64,000 nt of DNA, taken from NCBI GenBank assembly GCA_951406725.2, contig OX597833.1, positions 36,952,001-37,016,000 of the forward strand. The letters run 5' to 3'. Position numbers and translations under genes: made by a program. Shown here piece by piece: positions 28,051 to 42,492 of this stretch. The number at the start of each line of letters is the position of its first letter. Within the stretch, counting starts at the first letter, position 1. The notes under the pieces are model-generated. The model worked only from the letters and a program-made list of their open reading frames with translations. It searched no databases and had not been told where the DNA came from. The DNA comes from Octopus vulgaris (taxonomy: Eukaryota).

Positions 28051-29283
28051 TTAGGTTGTCTCACATGAAATTTATTTTAAATGGGTTTCTTATGAGTCAT
28101 CTATAAATGAATTTTTAAAGAGTTTCTATGTATATGCTTGGATTTACTCTTAACTCTCTTCTTTCTAGACAATACTATTATTTAAAATTGCTACCCACAG
28201 CTCTTATGACACTGTTGGCAATTGAACAATACCGAGTGATTTTCTTGTACGAATGCAAGTTGGGTCACTTTGCCACCTAAGCTCTACGAAACATCAAGAG
28301 GGCTTTTGGTAACAATTCTGTTGACATTAGAACCGTTCAGAGACGGTTCCAAAGATTTCGTTCAGGAAATGAAAGCCTTAAAATGAAACCAAAATCAGTT
28401 ATTCGGCATGATGAATTGAATGCTTTGGTTAAACGAAATCCGAGAGCAACGGTCCGAAAAATCGGATCAGAGCTCCAGACATCTCCTGCAACTGCTTCTC
28501 GACACTTGAAGAAAACTGGAAAAGCCAAAAAGATGAATAGGTTTGTTCCCCACCAACTTAATGAGATTCAAAGAAACAGACGCCTTACAGTGTGTGTGAT
28601 CCATGTTGATTTCTCGGTTGGAAGGAGAATCATTTTTATATCGACTCATTACGTGTGATGAGAAATGGATACTCTTTGACAACAGCAGGAGGACAGAACA
28701 GTGGTTAGATGCAGAAGAGTCACCAAAACACTGCCCAAAACCACCACTGCACCCTAAAAAGTTGATGTTCACTGTACGGTGATCAACAAAGGGGTTTTTC
28801 ATTATTCATTTTTGCAACAAGGAAAAACTGTAACAGCAACATCCTATTATCAGGAAATTGATTGTAGGCATGAAAAAATTTTAAAAAAAGCAACCCAGAT
28901 TAGTGAATAGAGATGGCTCAATTTTGCTTCATGAGAATGCACGGTCTCACACTTCTCACATTCATGATCCACAAGTTGCAAAGCCTGAATTATGAAATTT
29001 TGGCATATATTCCATATTCTCTTGATATCTCGCCTACTGATTATCGCACTTTGAGCTTTCTATACGCAATAAAACATTCTTAGATAAAGAAGAGGTAATT
29101 GAAGCACTCGAACAGTTTATCGGTGTAAAAGATGACAAATTCTTTGAAGATAGAATATATGCCTTACAGGAACGTTGGATGAAGGTCATAAATGAATAAG
29201 GATCATATTTTAATTAAATAAATAAATGTTCTAAAACTTAAAAAACAATTTCAATGGTCTCTTATTCATGTCAGACAACCTAA
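28051..29283 (+). mobile_element. Second mariner family, near full-length (1233 bp), defective
   Basis: TIRs ttaggttgtctcacatgaa / ttcatgtcagacaacctaa (18/19 match), TA after the right end. Confidence 0.9.
28206..29217 (+). pseudogene. mariner transposase with stops and frameshifts
   Basis: RVIFLYECKLG, RTVQRRFQRFRSG, FVPHQL, TCDEKWI, LLHENARSH, PYSLDISPTDY, LQERWMKVI. Confidence 0.9.
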
Positions 29284-29632
29284 TATCTATATACTTACTT
29301 TCGTGTTCTGAAAATCACATCAATATATAATTATATATAAATGAGCCCGTTAGCATCATAGAACACGCTGCTCTAGCATTCATGGAGCCTGCCTTGAGAT
29401 AGCACTGGTTGCGCATCTAACCTGGCGATGCCTATTTCTCTCAGGCCTTCCGCGGCCGATATCTTTCTAAGAGAGATTGAGAGAAGAAAAAGCAACGGAT
29501 ACTATAATTAAAACGTCAAGAAATGACAGGCAAAGTTAGCTTCAGAGGGATTTGAACGCAGAACTCAGAGTGCCTGAACAAATACCGTAGGAAACTTTAC
29601 CTTACTCTCTGATAGCTCCGTGATTCCCTCAC

Positions 29633-29745
<113 letters not shown>

Positions 29746-29982
29746 AGAGAGAGAGAGAGACTGAGCGATAAATTTGGCAACAGTTTAATACACAAACGCA
29801 TTACTTTCACTCAGTTAAAGTAATCTGTGCGAGTGTATGTGAGTGTGTGTGTGTGAGACAAACTGACATGTCCTATAGTTATAGATTTCAGTTTCATTTT
29901 TTCGTCATACCATTCTATCTTTAAAATATGTTTCTCCCTCCCTCCCTCTTCTCTGTCTGTGTGTCTATCTGTCTATCTCCCC

Positions 29983-30016
<34 letters not shown>

Positions 30017-30750
30017 TTCCTATTTCTTATGTCCTCTCCTACTTTCCGTTTATCATTCCTTCTGTTTTCAGTGTTATATGTTGCTACAGCTTAACTATAT
30101 GTTGGGTCGTTTTTCTATTTCTCTTGGTTTGTCTAGAATTTATCTGCAACTAACGTCTAACAGCACTTTTGCTCGTATACTATATCTCTTTGTGTCTTCT
30201 ACGTCGTCGCGAATCCTATTAAAACTATCAGCCAAATCTCCTTCAAATCTCACTCTTTCTCTTAAATAAATGAAAAAAATTAGACGGTCACAGCTGAAAC
30301 ATTTCAACAAAGCCTGACTTCGACCTTAATAACAACCACTTCTCTTCTCTGCCTAGCATTATTTCTTAGTACTAAACGAATTCGCCTAATATCTGTCTCT
30401 GTTCTGTCTCCATTCACACACCCCTGCCGATCTCAGAATGACAATTGTTTTCCATTTCTTCATCACCACCACCCACATAGACTTTCTATTTTTACGTACC
30501 TCATGACGATGCAACAAATTTTCTTTATAATGTACAAGATCGCGGGTGCTCGGCTGCGTTTAAAATGTATCTCATCATCTTTAGGACACCCCGGAAATAT
30601 ATCACTTCGTTGTATAAAATACATTGTAATTCTGAGTTTCATGCTTATTTAAAATACATACTCAAGCAATCATCAAACAAAATATTGTTTAATTTCTGTA
30701 ATTAACTGCAAACCACGGTTAGAATATATTTTCTATTACGGACTATCTAT

Positions 30751-30786
<36 letters not shown>

Positions 30787-31059
30787 AGAGAGTAAGAGAG
30801 AGAGTATTCACTCTACCAATGTATTGAATTTCCTGTTTTCAAAGCACACACACACACACACATTCACACACACACACATAACACATATAGAAAGATACAT
30901 ACATGCACACATATACATATTGTGAATGTGTGTTCGTGGGGGGGGGGGTGCATTTGAACACGCTAGTTCGACAACTTTCTTTCTTCATTTTTTGTCTTGT
31001 CAACTTTTCACATACTCATGTACATCTAATAAGTCACACCTTTACCATCCTTGTTACAA

Positions 31060-31093
<34 letters not shown>

Positions 31094-31377
31094 CCACACA
31101 CGTACATACTCACACACACACACACACTCAAGAGAACACACACACGTACGTTCGGTTTTCCCATTATTATTTTTGTAAATGCTTGCAATAAAAACGGATT
31201 TACCTTCCAAATTTGGCGTCTTTATTTCAAAATTTGACTGTTATGTCATTTCCTTATATAGTAAAGAAATTATAACTCCACCCATAATATTATATACTCC
31301 CTTTTATCAAAATTATCTTATAATTCTCAGCATTAACCCGACAATATTGTAAACATGAAGCATAATACCATTTCTTA

Positions 31378-31433
<56 letters not shown>

Positions 31434-31446
31434 GTATATATATATA

Positions 31447-31478
<32 letters not shown>

Positions 31479-31499
31479 TGAATGTGTGTGTGTTTGTGT

Positions 31500-32295
31500 G
31501 TGTGTGTTTGTGAGTGTGTGTGTGTGTTTGTGCCTGTGTTTGTCCCACCACCACTGCCTGACAACCGGTGTTATTTGAAGACCCCATTATATAACGGTTC
31601 CACAAAAGAGACCAATCGAAGACTAGCGTAACTGGAGTGTGTCCCACCAGGGGAGGCCCTTCCGTTTCCCGCCTCCGGACCCCTCAAAAGAAAAAAAAAA
31701 CATATTGCCAACACCAGACCCAAAAGTCATGCATTTCCAGTAGTTTTATATATATATATATATATATTGCCTTGACCTTCGAAACGTGGAGTAGATGAAA
31801 TTAAGGCGACTGAAGAAGGGGAATTTTCCTTGTTTTGCATGTCCTGTACTCTATTTTTTCGTTGTTTTAAAAAAATGTCCATTTCCTTGGTTTTGTGTTT
31901 ATGTTTTCGTTTCTCATTGTGTTCGACGTTTTTTTTTGGTGTCCTGTACCCATATATGCATGTATATATACATGTAGAGGTAGGTACGTACATATATGTA
32001 TGTATATATGCATATGTTTTATTTATTTATTAATTTATATATATATATAATATCGGGAATTATCGCATACCGTACTATTTCAATATAATCTATTCTGGTT
32101 TATAGCCTACAGCAGGCTGAAAAGTGCCACCCGGGCAGACCTCCCCTACCAACCACCTCCCTACTCCTTAGCTACGCTAGTGCAATGGAATAAGTATCAG
32201 ACATTGAAAAACAAGAAGTCCTGGGGTTGATCTGTGCAACTAATAATAAAGACGGCACCCAGCATAGACGCATAGACTGAAACTAGTATAAAAGA
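31500..32295 (+). mobile_element. SINE family A 3' half, split by a hAT MITE
   Basis: gtttgtccc...tgacaaccgg...aaaagagacc stops at 31620 and resumes as taagtatcag...ctggggttgat after 32190. Confidence 0.65.
31621..32182. mobile_element. hAT-type MITE with 8-bp TSD
   Basis: TIRs gactagcgtaact / agctacgctagtg; TSD caatcgaa (31613-31620) / caatggaa (32183-32190). Confidence 0.75.
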
Positions 32296-32373
32296 TAATA
32301 TATGTGGCTAAATATAATATAATTTAGTATAATACAATATAATATAATGTGTGTGTGTGTGTGTGTATACAAA

Positions 32374-33572
<1,199 letters not shown>

Positions 33573-33591
33573 CCTTCACACACACACACGC

Positions 33592-33639
<48 letters not shown>

Positions 33640-34364
33640 ATGTATGTATGTATGTATGTATGTATTTATGTATGTACGTATGTATGTATGTGTGCATGTA
33701 TATGCTTGTATACATGTATGCATGTATATGTATGTATATATGTGTGTATATATGTATATATATATAAATATATGTGTATGTATGTATGTATGTATGTATA
33801 TATATACAGATTTATTCAAAACGAAAGAGCAGATTTCAAATTTATTTTTACAACAAACGGTAAGAGACACAAGCACATTCTACATATTTCTTGATAGGAT
33901 AAGGTTTAAAGTTTGTAGTTGAACATGATCAATTGAATTAAGCCTTAAATAAAATAATATTTTAATTCTATTTTAATGTTTCATTTTGTTCATTTTATTT
34001 AAAGTAGTATGTTTTTCAGTTGTGTAATCCTTAGAAAATGTGCAAATGAAACGTGAATTTCGCCGCCAATTAATAAAAATCCAACTCGTCACCAGCAAAT
34101 TTACGAATGGCATAAAAATTTCACAGAAAAAAATTGCATTTGTAAAGGTGCTCATGGCGTTCATGGGGCTCATGTTGAGTGCATTCTACCTAAAAATAAA
34201 CTTTAAACCCTCCGTATCAAGAAATATGTAGAATGTGTTTTTGTCTCTTGCCGTTTGTTTTTAAAATAAATTTAAAATCTGCTCTTTCTTTTTGAATAAA
34301 ACTGTATATATGTATATATATATGTAGCCCTGTGTGGCTAATAAAGAAACATATATGTAATCCT

Positions 34365-34711
34365 TTATTTGTTTCAGTCAGTTGGCTACGGCGATGCTGA
34401 GCACCGACTTTAGTCGAACAATTCGACCCCAGGACTTATTCTTTGTAAGCCAAGTACTTATTCTATCGACCTCTTTGGCCGGGAAACATAAACACACCAA
34501 CATCGGTTGTCAACGATGGTGGGAAGATAAACACAGACACACAAGCATATATATATATATATAAATGATGGGCTTCTTCCAGTTTCCGTCTACCAAATCC
34601 ACTCACAAGGCTTTGGTCAGCGCGAGGCTATAGTAGAAATACGTGCCCAAGGTGCCAGACAGTAGGAGTGAACCCGGAACCATGTGGTTGGTAAGTTACT
34701 TACCACACAGC
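34365..34711 (-). mobile_element. SINE family A copy
   Basis: Reverse complement of the 47699-48118 structure, with a deletion. Confidence 0.85.
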
Positions 34712-34712
34712 C

Positions 34713-34713
<1 letters not shown>

Positions 34714-34769
<56 letters not shown>

Positions 34770-34886
34770 CATATGAATATATATATATATGTATATGTAT
34801 ATATATATGTGTATGTATATACATGAATATATATATATGAATATATATATATATGTAAATGTATATATGTATATATATACATATGA

Positions 34887-34932
<46 letters not shown>

Positions 34933-35096
34933 GGATGTATATATATATGTATATATATATGTATGTATATTTATATATATATATATATATATACATATAT
35001 ATGCACATATATATATATATATATATATACATATGTATGCACATATATATATGTATATATATATGTGTATATATATGTATATATGTATATTTATAT
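34714..35096. repeat. Long degenerate (TA)n-based microsatellite
   Basis: Direct read. Confidence 0.95.
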
Positions 35097-35335
35097 GTAC
35101 ACCTCCTGTCTTCGTCTTTTGTTTTTTTCAGTCGCCATGATAGATCGTTAGCCACTACACACATTTTTTCTCTCCTTATTTCTCTCCTTGTTTCTTCTGT
35201 GTCCGTTTCTGTAGAAGAGCGTAGGCTCGAAATGTAAAAGACTTTTTCTATTCCTGAGCGTTATACTAATACATCTGTTTGTTTTGTACACCACCTGTCT
35301 TCGCCTTTTGTTGTTTTCGTAAACTCTCCCTGTAT
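35097..35335 (+). mobile_element. Penelope-like pseudo-LTR / retrozyme-like unit with degenerate hammerhead motif
   Basis: ~190-bp unit bounded by the direct repeat gtacac(ct/ca)cctgtcttcg; contains ctgtaga-agagcgtaggctc-gaaa-tgta; flanked by (TA)n; homologous to 41180-41380 and 13910-13980. Confidence 0.6.
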
Positions 35336-35382
35336 TTTTATATATATATATGTGTGTATATATATGTATGTATATGTATATA

Positions 35383-35435
<53 letters not shown>

Positions 35436-35572
35436 GTGTATATATATATATGTATGTATATATGTACATATATCTATATATATATATATATATCTTTATA
35501 TATATGTATATATATCTCTCTCTATATATATATATAAATTTATGTGTGTGTGCATATATGTGTATGTATATG

Positions 35573-35630
<58 letters not shown>

Positions 35631-35631
<1 letters not shown>

Positions 35632-35769
35632 TTCTTTACTACCCACAAGGGGCTAAACACAGAGAAGGCAAAGTCGACCTCGGCGGAATTTGAACTCGGA
35701 ACGTAACGACAGACGAAATACGGCTACGAATTTCGCCCGGCGTGCTAACGTTTCTACCAGCTCGCCGCC

Positions 35770-35771
<2 letters not shown>
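35631..35771 (-). mobile_element. SINE family B, internally deleted
   Basis: Reverse complement of the head and tail of 52476-52708. Confidence 0.85.
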
Positions 35772-35822
<51 letters not shown>

Positions 35823-36073
35823 CTTGAAATGAGTAGGACAGCCGACAATCGATGAAGGGTGGTTTTTTTACGCTACTTGTCTTGTTCTCCATTGTTTCAC
35901 TCGTTCTTTGTGTACCCAACGTTATTTTCGTAGTTCATGTTGTTTACGTTTTCTGCATAACTATATACATATGTATCTACATACGTGTGCGTATATATTC
36001 ATCTATATATATATATATATTGCGGACTATATCTAGCGTAAGAGCGTCCATATAGTGGATTCTCTCTTATAGT

Positions 36074-36139
<66 letters not shown>

Positions 36140-36180
36140 CAGGGAGAGAGACAGAGAGAGAGAGACAGAGAGAGACAGAC

Positions 36181-36224
<44 letters not shown>

Positions 36225-37053
36225 TTCATAGATACACACATACATCCCTTTACCTTTTTGCTTTTTCGATTGATTACAATCATCCGAAGATCGGAAACGA
36301 GAAACATCGTGGAAAGATAGCTTCCAGTAAATGTATACACGCATTCAAACACACACACGCACACACACATACACGCATGCACACATGCACGCATACACGC
36401 ACGCATACACACACAAACCCATACACATACAATCCCATACACACACATACACGCTCTCTCTCCCCTCTCTCTCCTCTCTTTCACTTCTCTTCCCCAGCAC
36501 TCTCTCTCTCTCTTTCTCTCATATGTGTGTGCATTTGTGTGTATGTATGTATGTATGTATGTATGTATGTATGTATGTATGTATGTATGTATGTATGTAT
36601 ATATGTCTGCAAGTATGCGGTATGTGCTTATGTTTCACTGTACTGCAACTTCTACCACAAACCCGTTTCCTGCATTTTCTCATTTCAACCTCTTCTTTCT
36701 CCTCTCTTTTTTTCTCCCCTTGTCCTCTTTCTCTCCCTCCCTCCCTCCCTCCACTAATTATTCCGTTTTTTTTTTAGTCTCCTACAACACATTTTTCTAT
36801 TATCTCCTTACATTTCTACTCATTTTCTCTTTCATTCTCCCTATCTCTAATATCTTTCTCCGCCCTCTTCTTTTCATTAGCTTTTCTCCCCTCTCCTTCT
36901 TTTCATTCTCTCTAAATTTTATTTTAAATATCCTATTCTATTTTACCCTCTTTCTTTACCCGCCCACTCTTTCTCTCTGTGTATCTCTCTGCGACATCTC
37001 TGTCTATCGATTCCTATTCTCTTATTCCCACATTCTTCATGTTGTCACTTTAA

Positions 37054-37113
<60 letters not shown>

Positions 37114-37689
37114 TGCTATCAAAATGTCTTATATCACAGTCACTGTATTCCCATTTTTCTTTTCTTCCTCCTCTTTATCTCTCTCCCCCATATGTTTCAT
37201 TACTGCTGCTCTAGCACTCTTTCTAATTTTCTTCTCTTTCTTCGCACTTCTCCGCCAAAAGATATTTGCCATTACTACCGCTCTCCTACTACATCCATTT
37301 TCCTCCTCTTCCTCCGCATACCACTTTCTCTCAGCCTATTTTTCTATCCACGCATCGCTATTACTGAGGCACACTCTCTCTCTCTATCCGCAATATGTTC
37401 CGTTACTGCCTGTGTTTCAACGTAGTTGTTACAGCAGTCATAATACTCACTTTCCTTTCTTCCCATTCCTTTCTCTTGCATCAAACTCAACTAAACTGTC
37501 TAGACGTCTGATGACGTGGAAAATAAAGTAAAAAATAAGCAGACAGGGTTGCTTAAGTTAAGACTGGCGGTATAAAGAAGGCTGGGGAGTAGTAGACTAG
37601 ACGAAACGAGACTAGACTAAACCGCCTGCCTGCCTGCCTGCCTGCTTTGTCTGGTCGGTTGGGCTTGCTAGTGACATAACACACACTCG

Positions 37690-38470
37690 TGGCTGACTGA
37701 CTGGCAAGTTAGCTTGCTGGCTAGCCGGTCATATTAGATAAGAATGGTTGAACGGTCTGCAAAGTTAAAGTAGGATGGCTGGCTCGCTGGTTGGTTATGG
37801 TAGATGATCGAATAGCTCGTTATATTAGATGAGATGGTTGAATAGTTGCAAAGCTAAATCGGATGTCTGGCTGGCCGGCCTGTTATATTATATGACTGGT
37901 TTGCTAGTTATATCATAGATGGTTCATTATATTTAGATGGTTGAATATATAAGGTAGTTGGCTGGGAATTTATTTATATTAGCTAGTAGGTCGTATTTGA
38001 TTGCTAGCTAGATAGCTGATAAGATGCTTGAATGATGTGAAAAGCTAAGTTGGATGGCCTCTTGCTGGTTACAATTATATTAAATGAATCGACGGTTATA
38101 TAAGATGGCAAGAGGACAGGTGGCTGGCTATAACAGATACTGAGTTACATTAGGTGGTTGTTTGGATAACTCGCTAGTTGGTTAGTTAGATTGTTATATT
38201 AGATGGCTGCTAGATTAGTTGTATTAGGTTAATTGATTATATTAGATAAGATGGTTGATGTTTTTGCAAAGAATAAGCCGGTTGATGATGGCTGGTAGAC
38301 TTGTTGGTGGTTAGAAGCTAGGGGCTAGCTATATGGGTAGCTGGATGGTTGAAAGATTTGCCAACTGGTTGCATGATTAGATACCTAGTTATAATGTTGG
38401 CTGATTGGCTAGTTAGCTGGTTGGCTCAGTTTTATTACATGACTGCTTGAATGGGTTCCAAGCTGGTTTG
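37690..38470. repeat. Ancient degenerate tandem repeat (G/T-rich strand)
   Basis: Recurrent tattagat(a/g)agatggttgaa...tgcaaag.taa...ggatggctgg units near 37730, 37820, 38017 and 38238. Confidence 0.6.
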
Positions 38471-38497
38471 GATGAATGAAGCGTATCAACAAGAACA

Positions 38498-39141
<644 letters not shown>

Positions 39142-39917
39142 AAGAATCACTTAATGTGATGTGGTAACAAGTGAGCAAAGGAAAGAGCAAAGTAGTGAGA
39201 GAGGATAGACACAGGTGTGCTAGAGCGTACTGTGATAGTGGGATACACACAAACACACACACATATATATACCTGTATGTGAGTGTGTTTGAAGAAAGAG
39301 AGCAGTGAAGTAGCGAAAATGAATGAGCTTTAAAATGGCGATGCAATATAGGTGGCGGTGGTAATATTTGTAGAGGTGGTAATAAACGGTGCTGGTTACG
39401 GTAAATGGCGGTGTTAGTGGCGGTGGTGATGGTAATAATTCTAGTTATGTTGACACTAGGAAGTATTTATTAATGGTGGTGGATTTTCTTGTAACTACGA
39501 TTTCAGTATTAGAAATTAGTAAAGACGATGTTGGTCATATTTGTACTCGCACTCATGGTCGGGGCGAGTGGTAGCTGTTCTGAGAATGGTAAAGATGCTG
39601 GGTAATGGCTGCTATGATAAAAGTAGTGAAGACATGATATGGAGAGAATAACAGAGACAAAGAGGAAAACAGGAACAGAAATGCAAAGGATGAAAAGGGG
39701 GAGAGAACTATATTAGCGAGAAGAAGAAATTGTATAGACATTAAAAAAGGGAAGCGTTGCGGATACAGAGGTAAAGGCAGAATTCTAAAACTTTAAACCA
39801 GACAGTACTGGTAATATTTTACTTGAGTTTGTGTGTATGTGTGCGTGTTTGCGTGTTTGCGAATGTGTGTGTTTGTGTCTATGTGTATGTATGTATGCGT
39901 GCGTGTGCACATCTATT

Positions 39918-39987
<70 letters not shown>

Positions 39988-40097
39988 GTGTGTGTGTATA
40001 CATTATACGAGTTCACTTAGGCAGAGATACTAATGACCAGTACATATATGTGTGTGTGTAATATATTTCACTTCAAACCCACCACAGAACCTAAATA

Positions 40098-40542
40098 GGA
40101 TCTTTTCGATTTGAACGGCAGTTTTTAACATAATTTCTAGGTAACTAAAAAATTTTCAACTTCATATACTGGTAGAATGTGTTTATAAAACATCTTTTTC
40201 TCTTGGCTTTATTGAGAAAATTCTATAGTTTGTAAGATATTTGTTGTTATTTTTCTTCTATTTCTGCAATTTCAACCAATGACATCCATTGAGGTAAAAA
40301 ACATTCTGTGCCGTGTGAATATGTCCCTCGTTTAAGAAACAGATTGGGTTTATTTACATTTGTGAAGAAAAAAAGATACCCTTCCCCCCACCCCTAGCCC
40401 TAACCCTAATCCTAACTAACCCTAATTAACCCTAACCCTAAAGCAGATAGAAATGTAATAGATCGATACTAGGGTCATAATTATGGGTGACAATTTCATA
40501 TGACACCGCTAGAAAAAACTGCCGTTCAAACCGAAAAGATCC
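40098..40542. mobile_element. MITE with 29-bp TIRs and an internal telomere-like (CCCTAA) tract
   Basis: ggatcttttcgatttgaacggcagttttt / aaaaactgccgttcaaaccgaaaagatcc (1 mismatch); ATA on both flanks; degenerate ccctaa repeats at 40392-40441. Confidence 0.85.
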
Positions 40543-40595
40543 ATATATATATACCGGGAGAAAGAAAGAAAGAAACAAAGGAAAAAAGGAAGGAA

Positions 40596-40646
<51 letters not shown>

Positions 40647-41179
40647 TGAGATATCCAAACATTATTTATTGTTGGTGCCGTTGATTGCTGCTTGCATCCA
40701 AAACTTTCAATTTCTGTGTTCTCCATATATATGAAAATATCAACCGGAAGAAATGCGAAATGGCGTGGATTTGATTACCATGACCTGACTCACACAGTAT
40801 GGTTTCAGGACCATCTTCGGCTGCTTAGCAATATCAGAGAATAAATCACAATGGACGACTGGGGACTTGGTTGTAGTCTTGAATGGCAAGCGCCTTCTTG
40901 GCCAATCTTTCTGGCATGGCTCTCCTCTATTTCAAGCGTTATTCAGATCAACAAATGTTGTTGACATCTGTTTGCCGTTGGAATCTTGGAGATGTGCAGG
41001 TCGTATTTAATCAGCGCTCTCTCCTTCGATCTTATGCTATGGATGGTCTGAACAGGAGTAATTAGATTCAGGAGTAACAGGCGCACTGACATCAGCATTT
41101 TCAGAGTCATTGCATTACGCCAGCCTTTCTCCACGACAAAGTATTACCATATGTATGTACACGTGTGTATATTAGCGTG

Positions 41180-41380
41180 CGTCGCCATGTTGGACCACTG
41201 AACTCAACACGTTTTTTTTTCATTCTCTCTCTCTATTTATTTCCTCTTTTTCCTTTCTGTCGAAGTGCGTAGGCTTGAAATGCAAAGGACTTTTCCATTT
41301 TTCCCGAGCGTCAAACTAATACACTTGCTTGTTGTTCCTACACCAGTCTTCGTTTTTGTTTTTCTATAAATTTGAATTAT
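41180..41380 (+). mobile_element. Diverged copy of the hammerhead-like pseudo-LTR unit
   Basis: gtcgccatg...ctgtcga-agtgcgtaggctt-gaaa-tgca...cccgagcgtcaaactaatacac is colinear with 35131-35335. Confidence 0.55.
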
Positions 41381-41394
41381 ATTTGTGTGCGTGC

Positions 41395-41447
<53 letters not shown>

Positions 41448-41895
41448 TGTGTGTGTGTGTGTTTGGTATAGCAAACAGAATAAGTAGAACTTAATGCATG
41501 ACTATATCATTTTTTTTTAATTAGCAGAAATTACAAAGCAACTGAAATTCCGAGAGTTTCGTGCATGGCAATTGTCAAAATAAATGCCATGCATAAAAAT
41601 CTCGATTGCTATTATCATCATTATCATTTTCCTAACCCCCAAAATTCTTCTCAACACATGGCTATGATGCTCCCCCACTACTTCTAATTGTGATCAGAGA
41701 TGCATATATCGTCAACCACTAAAGGACATACTCAACTGGTTAAAGTCAAACAACTGACAGGCAAATCTGCGGTATTGAGCAGAATATTTACTGTAGCCTA
41801 TTTTTTATGTCAAGACGAAACATACATTATAACATTTCCAGTTAGTTAAAATCAGAAGCCATGAGAGCCATTGCCTGGTACAATATCAAGGCATT

Positions 41896-41899
41896 TATT

Positions 41900-41934
<35 letters not shown>

Positions 41935-41935
41935 T

Positions 41936-42000
<65 letters not shown>

Positions 42001-42025
42001 CATTATTATTATCATTATTATCATC

Positions 42026-42096
<71 letters not shown>

Positions 42097-42140
42097 CATT
42101 ATTATTATTATTATTATTATTATCATTATTATCATCATCA

Positions 42141-42180
<40 letters not shown>

Positions 42181-42224
42181 CATCATTATCATTATCATTA
42201 TTATTATCATCATCATTATTATTA

Positions 42225-42284
<60 letters not shown>
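41896..42284. repeat. (ATC)n/(ATT)n compound microsatellite; (TAA)n tail or target of the adjacent LINE
   Basis: Direct read. Confidence 0.95.
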
Positions 42285-42287
<3 letters not shown>

Positions 42288-42492
42288 TAGTCTTATTTTT
42301 ATCACGTGCTTTCACCGTACTACCGAGCGCAGCACTGTATGCCTTGGGTATGTGCTGTGGTTTGTTATGGTGCTCTTATTTTCACTGTATTGAAAGTGTT
42401 TTACGTAGGATGTGAGCGGTGTCTAGTAGTGCTATTTTCTGCGTTATATATACTGGTGTTTTTGTTATGTATTTGTCTGAATGTCTTTTTTT
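42285..42492 (-). mobile_element. 3' end of an R4/Dong-like non-LTR retrotransposon
   Basis: Minus strand encodes QKIALLDTAHILRKTLSIQ* (R4/Dong QK..LLGTAHILRK motif), then a short UTR running into (TAA)n. Confidence 0.8.

Noticed and set aside
37508-37612. CTGATGA followed by GAAAC as a hammerhead
   Set aside because: Stems I-III cannot be formed and there is no palindromic stem III or UH site.
40741-41140. GC-balanced block that might be an exon or LINE fragment
   Set aside because: No recognisable motif or clean splice-bounded frame.
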